Shown: positions 15,880 through 33,130, numbered from the stretch's first letter. The stretch is DNA of 64,000 bases from the human T2T-CHM13v2.0 reference genome, Homo sapiens (GCF_009914755.1 NC_060934.1); one strand, 5' to 3'. Numbers and translations are program-made. Notes: generated from the sequence alone by a model not told the origin.

Positions 15880-15885
15880 AATAAA
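15880..15885 (+). terminator. Distal polyadenylation signal of CAMK1D
   Basis: AATAAA with upstream TGTA motifs (15720, 15787, 15818) and downstream T/GT-rich sequence. Confidence 0.7.
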
Positions 15886-16893
15886 GACAATTAATCACCT
15901 TCAGATGCTCATTTCCTCTGTCATGAGAAGGATGTGGAGTTTCAGTGTCTCTATCTTTCCTCTGCTTCCTGAAGTTTGGATTTGAAGGAAGGAGTTTGAA
16001 TTGAGACCCCCCAAACTCATGGAGTCCCCCTTAAATATTTCAGGTCACCTCCCCAGTGAGCAGGGAGTGGCAGGGATGGGTGAAGGGATGGTACATCGTG
16101 CCTTTGGGGTTGGGGACAGGTGCCCAGGTTCCATGATCACTGGACAGGAAAGCTCCCCCTTTTCCCTGCTGCTGCAGAGGGGGACTGGAGGTGAGCCTGG
16201 GAACTCAAATCGCACTAACTCAATATTCCTAAGTCATGTGGAGGAAAAGCCAATGCTGATCCCCAGGAAGCGCCTCTGAGTCATGGGTGGCTTGGCAGCC
16301 TCAGGCTTCAGCAATACACACCCACGTTCTTCCATTTCCTCGGCATAGCAGTGCCCAAAGGAAGATTCTTTTCCAGGCAGAAGGCTGGCTGCTGTCTTTT
16401 GTGGGGGTTTGGGGGAGATGCAGGAGGAGGAACTACAGTTCATAGCTCATCAAATGTATTGTGGGGCTCGGGTCTGATGGCCAGACAATTCTTCCAATCC
16501 AAATAGGGATTGTGTAGGGAGAAAAAAATGAATTGGACATGTGTTATAGAAATGTAGAATTAAAACTGTCCCACACAGCCAGCATCAGATGAAAACAGCA
16601 TGGGTGGGCCTTACTGAAAAAAGGCTATGAGCCCAAAAGAAAGGCAGTGCCCACTGTCTGATGTCTAGTTCTTTTGTGGTTGATTCTTGCTTCTGTAGCC
16701 CAGACCCTAATGATGAGTTGCATCAATACAAAGCTATCATTCAGTGGGTGAATATGTGATGTCGTTATTGCAGGTTTTATGGAACATAACATTTTGATGG
16801 CAAAAAAGGAGATACAAATCGTGTGCACCCAAATCCCCCTGACTCTCTCTGCCCCCAAGGAGAGTGACTATGCCATCAAAATCCTGTTTCATA

Positions 16894-17316
<423 letters not shown>

Positions 17317-19009
17317 TTAGCTCAAGAAAGACTGAGCAAGAGGTACTGTGCCCAGCCTCATATTTTACATACTACTTGGTTGCAACACCTGTGCTGAGCC
17401 CCCAGAATGTGTAATTCCCAAAAGAGCACCCCAATTTCACATTCTCTTCCTAACATAGAGAGTATGTATGTGTGTATGTACCATGTAAGGGGCTTCAAGC
17501 TGAGGGAAGTGGTGAGGTGTGATTTCCAGTCCATATCCTGCATGCCAAGCCATGCACCCTGGCTCAGGGGAAAAGATGTTTTTTTTTTTTTTCCCCATCC
17601 AGTTCATACAAAGGCACTGTATGGGGGCCTGCTGGCTTGGTGGGCCCAGCGGACCGTGAGCATTAGGCTGTGAGCTGTGGGCCAACTGCAACTTTTTATC
17701 AGGTTTTCAAAGCTGGAGAAAACTTCAGCTAAGAGCTCAGAATCGAGCAGGCTCTGAGGGAGTTCATCTGGCCTCTTGTGTAGGGATGTCCGAGTTGAAG
17801 AGTATATTAACCTTCAGGAAACTATCACTAAGGGGCTGGTGCATATAGAAGCACTTTACAGAGTTCATTAGACATCACACTGTAGAAAATGGGTTGGCCT
17901 CCCCATCTCACTTCACCAAGAAACCCAGGAAGTCTTGCCTTTCATTCAGGACGATTGGCAGCAATGACATGAGACCTTAGCGCCCTCGGAACCCACAGAT
18001 CCTCCCTGATCTATTCCCCCTACAGGCTCCCATCAGTGCCCTTCCACCAAACACAGTCATAAGCTTTCATTCATTGATTCATTCCCTCCTTCATTCACTC
18101 AACATTTGTGAACACCCCTTATATCCAAGGGTTTTCGTTCATGCTGAAAAACACCAAAGTCAATCTGACATGAATCCTACCCACGAACACTGCATAAAAC
18201 AGGAAGCACTCGAGTAAGCCTGGGAGGAAGGGGAGAGTTTAGACAGGAAGGATTGAATAGGTGCAATGTGAGGGAGAGCTTGGAGGCTGGGAATGCAGCA
18301 TTCGGTGGGCTAGTCCATAGTTCATCGGGCCAGAGCAGAGGGTGTGAGCAAACCCGGGAGGAGAGAGAAAGGTGGGCTGGAGGGGCACGGGAGTCATTGT
18401 CATCAACAATAACTTCTGGAGCTAACACCATCACGTATTGACCATTTACTGTGTCCTGGACACTGTGCCATGTACATTCCATTCAATGTCTCATTTCACC
18501 AGCAGCCCTTAATAGGGAAGGCGCCCTGATTATCCAAGTGGCTTCAGAAAGATTTGATATTTACCCAGCTGTAGCTGTGAGTAGAGTTGCAAATTCCTCC
18601 CTGATTGATTGACATCAAAGGCCATTCTGCTGTCTTGTGTCTCGTGGCTTTGTGCAGGTCACTGAATTCCAAACTATGAAATTTGGACTTTTTATTAAGT
18701 GACTGGGAGCCATTGAAGGTTATTGAGCTGAGGAGTGACATGATCACATCAGTTAACGTTTGGAACAGCACCATTATTAGGGACCGTTGTATTACCTTCA
18801 AGAGAAATTTATCTGCAGTAATAGCTCAGTCTGGTCTTACATGAAGCCCAGTAACCCAGGGTCTGCCGAGAACATACTCATTACCGAGGAACCGGCCCAT
18901 TTATTTTCTGACGTCTGGTTCCATTTCTCAGGAGAAATATCACAGAAGCTGGATTTGACTTAGAGTCAGAGATGCAGACCATAATGACAACACTGCTGGG
19001 TTTTGGCTT

Positions 19010-19348
19010 TTTTATTTTATTTATTTATTTATTTATTTATTTGAGACGGAGTCTCACTCTGTCGCCAGGCTGGAGTGCAGTGGCACAATCTTGGCTTACT
19101 GCAACCTCCGCCTCCCAGGTTAAAGCAATTCTCCTGCCTCAGCCTCCTGAGTAGCTGGGACTACAGGCACGTGCCACCACTCCCAGCTAATTTTGTTGTA
19201 TTTTTAGTAGGGACAGGGTTTCACCATGTTGGCCAGGATGGTCTGGATCTCTTGACTTCATGATCTGGCCACCTCGGCCTCCCCAAGTGCTGGGATTGCA
19301 AGCGTGAGCAAAGTGCTGGGATTACAGGCATGAGCCACTGCCCCTGGC
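19010..19348 (-). mobile_element. AluS with short internal tandem duplication
   Basis: (TTTA)n tail; aagtgctgggatt(g/a)ca occurs twice near 19285-19325. Confidence 0.92.
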
Positions 19349-19864
19349 CTGGCTTTTTGATTTTTAAAGTTAGGCCAGCCCCTCATCCTGATGAATAACT
19401 CCAGGAAGTCCAGTGCGTGCACACGGAGGTTCATCACAGACTCGCAGCCTGCCTGGCATCTGCTTTTCTCCTCCAGATTACCCTCAGAGCTACTGATTTA
19501 TTTTTAAGAAAGTGTCTCAGATCTCTTGTGTTCTTCCAGCCTCCCCTGAGAGGAACTTTATTTAGCATGAACTCATCTGCCTGACTCTCTAGAAAGGCTT
19601 CGTGGGCCAGGAAAAGGCAGTTGTTGGTCCACCAGTGAACCCCTTTTCTTTTGTCCGCCTGTGGGTTCCCTCTCTCTAACACTTCTTTATCTTCAACATT
19701 ATGTCTTCTTTCTTGAGCACATCAGATCTAAATCTTTCTAGTGGGGGCTCGCTGGGTCAGGTGGTTTATATCAGCAAGTGGAGAAAAGCTCACGAGATAC
19801 TGAGCTGCCAATACCTCAACCGTAACCCGACCTGGCTCTCATCACGCATAAGAGTGCAGTGACC

Positions 19865-20386
<522 letters not shown>

Positions 20387-20469
20387 TCAGCTGTGCTCCC
20401 AGCAGGAGCCCTCCAAGCTGCCCCTGCTTCAAGAGCTGCAGCCCAGGGCTTCTCACACTTCGGTCCCTC

Positions 20470-20590
20470 AGGGATCTTGCTAGACTGCAGATTTTGATTC
20501 AGCAGCTCTGGCCTGGGACCAGAGTATTTCTAAGCAGCTCTCAGGGGGTGCCACAGCTGCTGATCCCTGCACCACAGTTTGAGTAGTGAG
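20470..20590. mobile_element. MER5-like (hAT-Charlie) fragment
   Basis: tgcagattttgattcagcagctctgg...accacagtttgagtag. Confidence 0.55.
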
Positions 20591-21245
20591 GGACTCTTTC
20601 TGTGGTTCCCATTCCTGACTGCATATTCCACTCATCTTGGGAGCATTTGACAAATGCTGAGGCCTCGATCAATTGAATAAGGATCTCTGTTATCACATAG
20701 CCTTGAGCCGAGAGACAGAGCAGCTGCCTGGAAACCCCGTAACTTCCAGCTAAACAAATCTGAACTGCAACTGTAAGTGATAACCAGCCTTCCTCTACGA
20801 CAGTCCAGAATTAATTCCAGGCCTCCCAGGCTTTGTTTCAGCCAGAATATGGAACATCCTCTTGTCTGAACTAATCTTCTGCCCTTCCCAGCCTTCCGGA
20901 GCCCTCCCACTGTGCCTGCCTTCCGGAACTCATCGACTCCTCAGCAAAGCCCCCTAAAGTCTATGTAGATGGAAAAGGACAGAGAGAAATGCCCCCCAAA
21001 AGCAGGGAAAGACCCACAGACCTGGCTACTGATGGGGATCATCATAGACAAGCCTGCCCCTGGCCCATAATGTATGTCAATTACCACATGTTAGAAACAC
21101 TGCTCACAGGTGCATTCTAGAAGATGGATTGATTGATTGGTTGATTGATTAACAGACAGCACCATGTGCCAGCCACTGTTTTAAACACTCTTGTGATATT
21201 AACTCCTTCAATCTTTGTAACAACTCCATCAGATAAGTACAATTA

Positions 21246-21364
21246 GGCTGGGCGCGGTGGCTCATGCCTGTCATCCCAGCACTTTCGGAGGCCGAGGTGG
21301 GAAGATTGCTTGAGCCCGGGAGTTCAAGACCAGCCTGGGCAACATGGCAAAACCCTGTCTCTAC

Positions 21365-21408
<44 letters not shown>

Positions 21409-21590
21409 AAAAAATTCACCAGGTGTGTTGACGTACCCCTGTAGTACCAGCTGCTCAGGAGGTTGAGATGGGAGGATAGCTTGAGTCTGGGAGGTGGAGG
21501 TGTCAGTGAGCCAAGATCGTACAACTGCACTCCAGCCTGGGCGACAGAGCAAGACTCTGTCTTTAAAAAAAAAAAAAGAAAAAAGAAAAA
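21246..21590 (+). mobile_element. AluJ with (AAT)n expansion in the central linker
   Basis: J-type arms; ~14 AAT units at 21365-21406. Confidence 0.93.
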
Positions 21591-21678
21591 ATATGTGATT
21601 ATATCCCAGTTTTATAGATGAAGAAACTGAGGAACACAGAGGTGAAATGGCTTGTTCCAGGCACCACCACTAAGTGGC

Positions 21679-22040
21679 TGTTGTGGGTTAAATCGTGTCC
21701 TCTGCCACCCTGAAAGTCACATATTGGCGCACTAACCCCAATACCTCAAAATGTGACCTTATTTGGAAAGAGGGTCTTTCGGGTGGGCTTTAATCCAGTA
21801 TGAATGGTATCCTTATAAAAAATGGGGATGGGGTGGGGAATTTGACCCTGAGACAGAAAACCACCAGGGGCTGGGGACAGGCCTGGACAGGGGCTCCCAC
21901 AGACATCAGAAAAAGCCACCCTCACCAACACTGGCTCGGACTTCGGCGCTCCACACCTTGAGGCAATGCATTCTGGGGGGTTGTCAGACCCACCTTGTCT
22001 GTGGCATCTCATCAGGACAGGCCCTGGCAAACTAACGCAG
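21679..22040 (+). mobile_element. MLT1 (MaLR) solo LTR
   Basis: tgttgtgggttaaatcgtgtcc...aatgtgaccttatttggaaa...gcaaactaacgca. Confidence 0.8.
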
Positions 22041-22234
22041 TAGCAGAGCCAGGACTCAGACCCCGGCCGCCTCAGGCCAGAGCAGGCGCCCTCGCCACGC
22101 CATGGCAGCAGGCAGTAGCTTTGGGTCCTGCTCACAGGGACCCACTCCATCCTTCTTTCCCTCCCCTCGCTCTTTCTTCACTTCATTTTCTCCAATTTCA
22201 CCATTTCTCCGTTTCCTCATTTCTTTCCATCACG

Positions 22235-22780
22235 TTAATTATCTATTGGATGTGTAACAAAATATTTACAACTAAACGACTTCAAGCTACAAACACGATC
22301 TCGCAGCTTCTATGGGTCAAAAATCGGTGCACTTGGCTGGGTGCCTCTGGCTCCGGGACGCTCCGAGGTTAAGGTCAAGCTGCTGTCACTGGGGTTGCCA
22401 CATCCCAGGACTTGGCCAGGACTGAAGGCTCTGCTTGCAAGCTCACTCTATGTCTGGGGACAGCTTTAGGTCCTCTTGACTGTGGGATCAAGGGCCTTGG
22501 TCTTTCGTTCTCACGACTGTGCGGGCCTCTTCATAGGGCTGGTCCCTACAAGGCAGCCTGCCTTCCCCAGCCCGAGTGATGCAAAAGGAAGGGGGTGGGT
22601 GGGGGGTGGGGGGAGGGAGAGAGAGAGAACAGGTACCCAGGATGCCAGCCAGTCTTTTTAAAACCTAATCTTGGAAATGATACCCCATTGCTTCTGCCGT
22701 ACTCTTTGTTAGAACAAAGTCATTATGTTCAGCCCACACTCAAGGGAAGGAGTAACCCAGGGCCGAAATACCAGGAACAT
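22235..22780 (-). mobile_element. Old MLT1 LTR
   Basis: atctattggatgtgtaacaaaa...cagcttctatgggtca...cttctgccgtactct...cagcccacactcaaggg. Confidence 0.65.
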
Positions 22781-23195
22781 GGGGCCCAGCAGGGGCCTCT
22801 AAAAGGCTGCCAACCACACCGTCCTCCCTGTGTCTACGTGCTTGTGGCTGACCCTTGCTGATGGCAGGGGTAGGGGAGCCTGGGCTGTGGATCTGTGGTC
22901 TGTGTGTGCATGGTGAGGCCCAAACCACCCTGTGATAAACCAACGTGATGCCAGAGAGAGCCAAGCCGCTCTCAAAGCTACATCTATCTCATGCCTTTAA
23001 AGTCTTTATTGCTATAAGAATACAGCACAAACACCAAAGCATTAGCAAACTTCCCTGAGGACACTTCAAAAGTCAAGAAACATTTCCTATGAATCCTGAG
23101 AAGGAGCTTTTAACTCATCAGAGAAAAAATAAGCTTCGGCCAAAGGCCTCCAATCCACAGGCACATCCCACCCACCAAAGGGTGTCAACACATGC

Positions 23196-23570
<375 letters not shown>

Positions 23571-24223
23571 TGATTCTGAGAACTGTGGATGAAACCCAGG
23601 CACAGAGGCTGCTCGGAAAACAGCCAGTTAGGCTGGATTTTCCTGAAGAAGGGCAGGGAAGCTCACAGGCAAAACATGCAGCTGGACCCAATAGAGGTGA
23701 CCCCATCCTCCCATGCACACGTGCAAAGGGGTTTGCAGTGCCTGAAGCCCCTCCCCAGGAGTCATCATCCAGCTCCGTGGCAGGCCGGGAGGTGTGTGGC
23801 AATGGCCTGCCCCCTCATCTCTGCCTGTATTCGGGAAGATGGGGCTCAGAGAGAGGAAGCCACTGGTGTAAGGGCCCCTCCGGCCCAAGCCGGTGGCCAT
23901 GTAACCCAACAAGACAAGAATTGGCAGCAGAAACGGCCAAGCAGAGGGCTGGAAGGAAAACTAGAAGAAAAATATAAAGTGAGTGTTCACTGAGGCCTCC
24001 TGGGCCTATCTTGGATATAGCGCAGCCTACAGCAGGTCAGCACAAAGAGAGACAGGGGCAGACTGGGCTATCTCTTCCTCACTATGCTCATGGCTGGACA
24101 TCCAGCTCCTAACCCTCTGGCCACCCTCAAACCCAGCCCGAGTAGGTGAAAAACTTAGGCCTCTCCACTCGTCTCTCCCCCACCTTCTCAGGTGAGGCGT
24201 TTTTTATTCAACAAAAATTTCTG

Positions 24224-24545
<322 letters not shown>

Positions 24546-24549
24546 ACCT

Positions 24550-24860
<311 letters not shown>

Positions 24861-26112
24861 TCAGGCAGGCCCTGTCCTAGGCACTGAGGATGGATACGGC
24901 AGTGGGGAACACACACACCCATCCCCCACCTCACTTCAGGTCTTCCAGACCTTTTCTATATGTTGGAGCCGTAGACACCATTAGAAGAGCTGGACTTTTG
25001 CGACCACCATCCTGTACAAAGATTGTTTCTAGGTTGAAGAAGCTGTAAGTGAGCTTTCTACTTTCCAGAGGCAGGCAGTACCAAACAGCCTTTCCCAGAC
25101 GGGGGACCCCATGAATCTCTCACCAGAGACCCCACACAGGCACCTGGGTTAGAGTGCATGGAAGAGTTCTGTGGAAACGCTGTCTGGGATCTAACACCAC
25201 CAGACATTGTCCAGCCATGTCTCATCACAAGCCAGAAACTCCCCCTGCTCCTCAAGCTGTCCCTCCCCCACATCAGCCACAGAGGGGGAGACTGGAGAGA
25301 CTGGGTGGTGGTCCCGGATGTGCCACTAGCGTGCTATGTGATCTTGCATAGTTCATTCCAACTTTGTCCTTCTGTGTCTCACTCATATAATGAGGGGTTT
25401 GACAACAAGATCCCTGAGGTACCTGCTTGCTCTTTAAAATTCTCTGGCACCCAGACACAGCCCAAGTTCCAGTGAAAACTGCACTGAGGTCCAAACCCCT
25501 GCTGCATTTTGCTCTTTGCCTGGAAAAGGGTGTTGCCGTGTCAGCCATACCCTGTTTACTTCCTGAGAAACATGGAGAAAAGTCTCCCTTGAATCTGTGA
25601 ATTTCAGGTTTTTTCAGAGTTGGATCCCAGCCCGGAGCAGGGAAGAGCGTGAGGTAAAATTGTTCGAGTCGTCCAGAAATGCACATTTCCTGCAGTTTCT
25701 TTCCAAGTCTGGTGCTAAATGAACAAGCTCGAATGTGAACATGAACAAGGATGACTCAGGCGTAGAGAATGTTGGTAGCACGACACTGGCTGTAAATAAT
25801 GGCAATGAAGGGACTTTTCTGACCCATTTGTTGACAAAAGATGGTAAGAGGTATTAATCTAGTTCAGGGATATCTAAACAGTTTTTGTTGTGCATCCTTA
25901 TGATAAAATATTTTTGAACATTGTGCTCTGAATAGATGAATATTTATATTTCTGGAAATTATAGGCATATACTATACCTACTTATGAACATATAAAACAT
26001 ACACAAAGAAAGAAAATTAGAAGGACAAGACCAGGATAAAAGAAACTGTTCAGTAGAACAAAATGTTTATCTTTGTTACATTCATGTCATCTTGGGTTTT
26101 GTTATTTTTATG

Positions 26113-26614
<502 letters not shown>

Positions 26615-27135
26615 TGAGCATATGCAAATTGGAAACTGACAAGGTTGAAGGTAGGGATTTCACAGGTGCTTCCTTCCTTCTCTCCCATCTCCTCCATCTC
26701 CTCCTCCTACCCTTCCTGCCAAGGATCTTTGTACCCCTCTAAATCGTGTTACATAAACAAGTAACTGTGACCCATGTTCAAACAGTTCCTCCAAAGACCC
26801 TATTTCTCTGTAACACAATGAGTTAATGTTTATATTTAACTCTTAATAAAGACCTAAATTTTTTGAAAACTCATAAATGAATGGAAAATATATACCAGTG
26901 TCTTTGTTTTGGTTAGGCAGTCTTAGGAGCTTGGAGCTTCAGACCGCTAGAGCCATGGTTCTCAAATTCTTGATGAATATGGCCCCTTTCCATGGAACAC
27001 AGCATCTTAGTGATTGGAACTAACAAAAGACACTGCAAAAAGTTTTCAAAATGAATTATTAAAGTGCATCTGTATCTCTGTAATAATTGAGTAATAGTAA
27101 TACATGCATGTGATATATTTCTGTGTTTCTTTCAA

Positions 27136-27261
27136 TTTTTTTTTTAGAGATGGGGTCTTGCTATGTTGCCCAGGCTCGTCTTGAACTTCTGGACTCAAGC
27201 TATCTTCCTGCCTCTGTCTCCCAAGAGGCTGGGATTACAGGCACATGCCACTGTGTCTGGC
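27136..27261 (-). mobile_element. FLAM / Alu left monomer
   Basis: Single monomer; TSD-like catgtgatatatttc / tatgtgatatatttc. Confidence 0.85.
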
Positions 27262-27669
27262 TTGTATGTGATATATTTCATCAATCCTCAGATAAGACTT
27301 GGGATACTTAGGGATTAGGCAACCCTGGCAACCACTCCACAACCCTAGACCATAACCAAGATGCCTTGAAGACACTCCCCTAGTGGGAGGGAAAGGACTT
27401 AGGAATGAATATCCAGACCTCTTAGTGATTGTTTTGAAAACTCAAACCTATTACTTGGTGACCAACCTTATACTAACCTAAGAGCCATATGCTAAGGCAG
27501 GCATGGTGAAATTGTCAATCTTTTTCTAGCTCCAGTCTGCATGACGATTGATGCTTGTGACCTCCTAGGGCAAAAAGTGAAATGAGGAGAGAAAATGAAG
27601 AGATGCAGATAAAATGCTTACACAGTAAAAGACCCATCTGCGGGGTAACTGAGGCGCAAGGATGTCCGC

Positions 27670-27835
27670 TAGTGCAGTGCTTCTAAACTTAAACCTACAT
27701 GGAAAATACCTGTGTATCTTGATAAAATGCAGATTATGACTCAACAGATCTGGGCTGGGGCCTGACATTCTGCATTTCTAGAAGCTCCCAGGAGATGCAG
27801 ACGCTGCTAGTCCAAGACCATATGCCCTGAGTAAG
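27670..27835. mobile_element. MER5-like (hAT-Charlie)
   Basis: cagtgcttctaaactt...aaaatgcagattatgactca...ctgcatttctagaagctcccaggagatgc. Confidence 0.7.
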
Positions 27836-28120
27836 GAGGCCCTATCCCGTGTGCATTCTCAACTGGGAGTCCAGTCTTCCTTGAGCCTGTCTCCTTTTGC
27901 TGACAGCAACCAACGGGTGTGAGATCTAAGCAGAGGCTGGCTTTGGTGAGCTACAGGGAGTAGCTAATGATCAGATTAGCTGCCCAGCCAGATAGCAGCA
28001 CCTCAGTGTCACTTCCAGCCTAATGTCATGGCACCTTTGGGTTAAGTTTCTTTCAGTCTCATCCTCTCTGGGGACGGACGGAGCAGTCAAGCCAAGGAGG
28101 AGCGGTTCTCGTGGGTCCCA

Positions 28121-28139
28121 CAGCGCCCCCCGCTGGCAG
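28121..28139 (-). promoter_or_regulatory. Candidate CTCF site
   Basis: Minus strand CTGCCAGCGGGGGGCGCTG versus core CCASCAGRGGGCGC (one mismatch); locally CpG-rich. Confidence 0.45.
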
Positions 28140-28517
28140 GAGGACACTCCAACGGGAGACCAGTCTTAGGGTAGAGGCGCAGCTGAGTTTCTGGCTGAAG
28201 ATGAGGGCTGGAAGCAGGTGAAGCCAGGGAAGCAGCCCCTCGGCATGGGCTGTTGGCACCTAGCACGCCCACTGAGGCTCCTCATGGAACGGAAGTCCCT
28301 CTGTGACTGGAGCTACCAGTGTCACAGCTGTAGCAGGGACAAGCGGCTCAGGAGTGCCCAGTAGGGCTGGTTCCAGCAGAATCTGCACCTGTAAGGTAAG
28401 ACCGGGTGGCCATTTCTTTCAGGCCACCATGGCTTCTCCCCATCATCTGGTTTGAGGAAATCTAATTTCTGTGATTCCAAGGTGATCTCCTGGCCCCTAC
28501 TAACTTCTATTGTCTTA

Positions 28518-28862
<345 letters not shown>

Positions 28863-29220
28863 TTAGTAGTGATCCCCTCCACTGCAGGGGGGAAGACTGT
28901 AGACATTAACCTTGGTTAGATCAGAGCAAGACACCCCCACACCCCAGAGACAAAGGGGTGTGAACCAGTCTTTCTTAGGGGAAATGAGATGGTTTTGAAA
29001 GTTTCCTAAAATAGCTGTGAATTAGCTTGTGATGCTCTTAAAAGCGTCCTCCCACAGATTCCCACGTGGAGCGAATGTGCTAGGGAATCATTTCAGGTTA
29101 ATTTCCCTGTTCAGGAAGAACAGGTGTTCTCTTGTCCCCTTCTCACCCTGGCTGTTTGGCTACAAATCTAAATAGTGGAGTGGGAATGGGAGGGGCACGG
29201 CAGCAGGGACCGTGACAATT

Positions 29221-30011
29221 TTGCCCACCATCATCGTGTCCCCCACGTACAGGTCAGCATTGGGTAACTATTTTTTGGATGAATTACTGAGTCAGGGGAT
29301 GGAATGGTGGCAGCGGCTCTTACCCGGCCGGCCTCTGCCAGTCCCAGATCATGGATGAAGACAGCTGATCCCCCCCAATGCCGCTCACCTCTGGGCACTT
29401 CTTTCCAAAGCCCAGGTGTGTGGGTGCTGGCTGTCCCAGCTGCAGCTCCTGTTCCCTTTGTCTAAGCTCTGCTCCCCTGCTGACCACTCAAGGCCTTAAA
29501 CTTGAAAAGGTCTTGGTTCTGAGCTGAGCCTCCCATCCTAGCATTGAAGAGCCACAGTGGCTTCTGGGAAATGGCTGGAACCCACTTAGCACCACCGGGG
29601 ACAGGATTCTGCCAGCCTGTCCTGGACCTTGCCTGAGCATCAGTGAAGCCCACCCCACACCAGGACAGACCAGTCTTGAGGTTTGGCCATGCCTGGCCAC
29701 TAGCAGTCTTTATAACCGCTTCAAGGGGCAGAGTTCCAAGTCGATTTAATCAGAAAGACTTGCAGATGTTTCCTTTCAGCCGGCTGATTGTGTGCATTCA
29801 GGATGCCTAGCAGAACGCCGGGGGCTTTGGGGACCCAATTAAGAACACGCAGGGTTTGGGGGGATCCGGTGTCTTCATCCGGGATCTGGGACTGACAGGG
29901 GCTGCTGGTTAAGAGCCGCTGCCCCTGTTCCATTCACTGGCTCAGTAATTCCTCCAAGAGATAGTTAGCTAGTGCTGACCTGCACACCGGGGACATGATG
30001 GTGGTGAGCAA
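29221..30011. repeat. Diverged inverted repeat, arms 29221-29378 and 29856-30011
   Basis: Arms align as reverse complements by eye (see findings). Confidence 0.9.
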
Positions 30012-31088
30012 GGGGGAGGGCGAGCTGGAACAGAGGCTGTGCGGGCAAGGAGAGGCGTGGGAGAGGAGGCACTTCCTGCCAACCTCTCGAGACTTGTTGG
30101 TGATTTTGAGGCCCTGAGGAGGGTCTATTCCTCTGAGAATGAAACGCAGTAATGAAAAGCCGTGAATCAGGACCTGGCTCCAGGAGGGATGTGTTCTGGC
30201 AGATCTCTCAGGCCTGAGCGGCGGGCTGGTGAGAGCAGAAAGAGAAGCTGTTCATGGTTATCACAGAAAGCCATCTAGCACACATTCTCCCCACCGTGCC
30301 TCGCCCATCCCTCCCTCCCTCCTTCCCCCCATGCTTCCTGGTGGGAATTCATCTTTGCTCTGGAACCCTGTGCTGAGCTGAGCTCAGGCATGAAACTCAC
30401 ATTCAACCTGCCAGATGCTGTGTTTATTCTGGCACCAACCATGAGCTCAGGGAGCCTCCTTGTCTGCTTCTCTGTGGCCCAAACACCTGCCAGCTACATG
30501 GCTATGTGAAGGCAAACCTGAAGCTAAGGCCCACAGCCCTGTGGCAGGGTTAGCAAGGTGGCCCAGCAGCCAGCCTACCTGTGCGCTACTTCCCATCTGC
30601 TCCCAGTTCGGGAGGGAGGAGAGGTGGTGAGGGGAGGACCCTTCTCATTTCTTGTTTTAACTCCTCCAATTTGGCTGAGTCTTCTCAAGGGCTTAGCTCA
30701 GTGGTATCAGCCTTGGCTGCACACTGGAATCGCCTGTGTGGTCCCCTGGTTCTGATTGTATCTGTCTGGGTGCGCCCTGGACATTGGAATATCTAAGCTT
30801 CTGCAGGTGATTCTAATGTACAGCAAAAATGGATACCACTGGTCACTGAAGTATTTATACATCTGACGAGGACTAAATAGCCTGACCCTAGAGCGCCCAC
30901 CTTCCTCATCTGGCTTATTCAAAGCGGGAATGACCTGGAGAAGAAAGATTTAATTAGGATGTTTCTGTCTATGGCTCTGCAGAAACTGTCTTTGTTTTTT
31001 CTCCATGTTCTTTAAGGGAAAATCCACCTGCTGATTGCTGTCTTCTAAGCAGGGAATTTTATTTTAAATTATAAAACAAAATTTATCT

Positions 31089-31445
<357 letters not shown>

Positions 31446-31459
31446 CTAGCCACTCCTGA

Positions 31460-31916
31460 TTTCTTTCTTTTTTAAATTGTTATTTTTATTTTACATTCAA
31501 GGGGGTACATGTGTAGGTTTGTTACAAGGGTAAATTGTGTGATACTGAGGTTCTGTTGATCCCGTCACCCAGGTGGCAAACACTGTACCCGGTAGGAGAT
31601 TTTTCAGCCCTGACCTCCCTCTCTCCTTTTGAAGTCCCTAGTATCTGCTGTTCCCATCTTTATGTCCACATGTACCCAAGATTTAGCTCCTACTTAAAAG
31701 TGAGAACATGCAGTGTTTGGTTTTCTGTTCGTGTGTTAATTTGTTTAGGATAATGGCCTTCAGCTGCATCCATGTTGCCGCAAAGGGCATGATTTCATTC
31801 TTTCTTATGGCTGCGTAGTATTCCATGGTGTATATATACCACACTTCCTCTATCCAGTCTACCATTGATGGACACCTAGGTTGATTCCATGTCTTTGTTG
31901 CTATTGCGAATAGTTG
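31460..31916 (-). mobile_element. Old L1P (L1PA13-16/L1PB-like) 3' fragment
   Basis: ggggtacatgtgtaggtttgttaca...ggctgcgtagtattccatggtg; ORF-track peptide WYIYTMEYYAAIRKNE matches the ORF2 C-terminus. Confidence 0.9.
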
Positions 31917-31962
31917 AGCAGGGAATTTTAAAACACTGTTGACAGAAATTATGTATCCCAGA

Positions 31963-32131
31963 TAGGGTTGTCAGATAACTAATACAGGGTGCCAAGTTAA
32001 ATATGATTTGAAAATAATCAATGAAATTTTTTAGCATATCCCATGCAATATGTGGGATATACTTATACTAAAACATTATTTAAATTTAACTAGGCATTCT
32101 ATATTTTTATTTGATAAATCTGGTGACTGTA
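31963..32131. mobile_element. MER53 (palindromic hAT-related MITE)
   Basis: tagggttgtcagataa...tcccatgcaatatgtgggatatacttatactaaaa...aaatctggtgactgta. Confidence 0.85.
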
Positions 32132-32483
32132 ATAGATATGTTAATCAGAATAATATTATTTTGTTACATGTGACAAAAACCCTACTCAAACTCAAAGTGG
32201 AGAAAATAAATTTATTGGTTTACATCACTGAAAAGTCCATGTATTTAGGCTGTATTTAGATGTATCCAGGGATCTCTCTTCATCTCTTAGTTCTTCTTTT
32301 CGCCATCCAGGTCTTTCCAAATATACGGCAAGAAGGCCTCTAGTGGCTCAGGCCACAAGGCTCTAAGGGCTTATGACCCCAGTAGAAGAGAGAAAATCTC
32401 TCCTACAAAAACAGGGAAGACTGGTTTTTCTGGCTTGAGTCACATGTCTACTCCTGAACCACTGTGCCCAAGGAAATTGGGTA

Positions 32484-33130
<647 letters not shown>

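Noticed and set aside
31963-32131. MER53 palindrome as a miR-1302-like gene
   Set aside because: Arms are degenerate with deletions and there is no sign of transcription; the palindrome is inherent to MER53.
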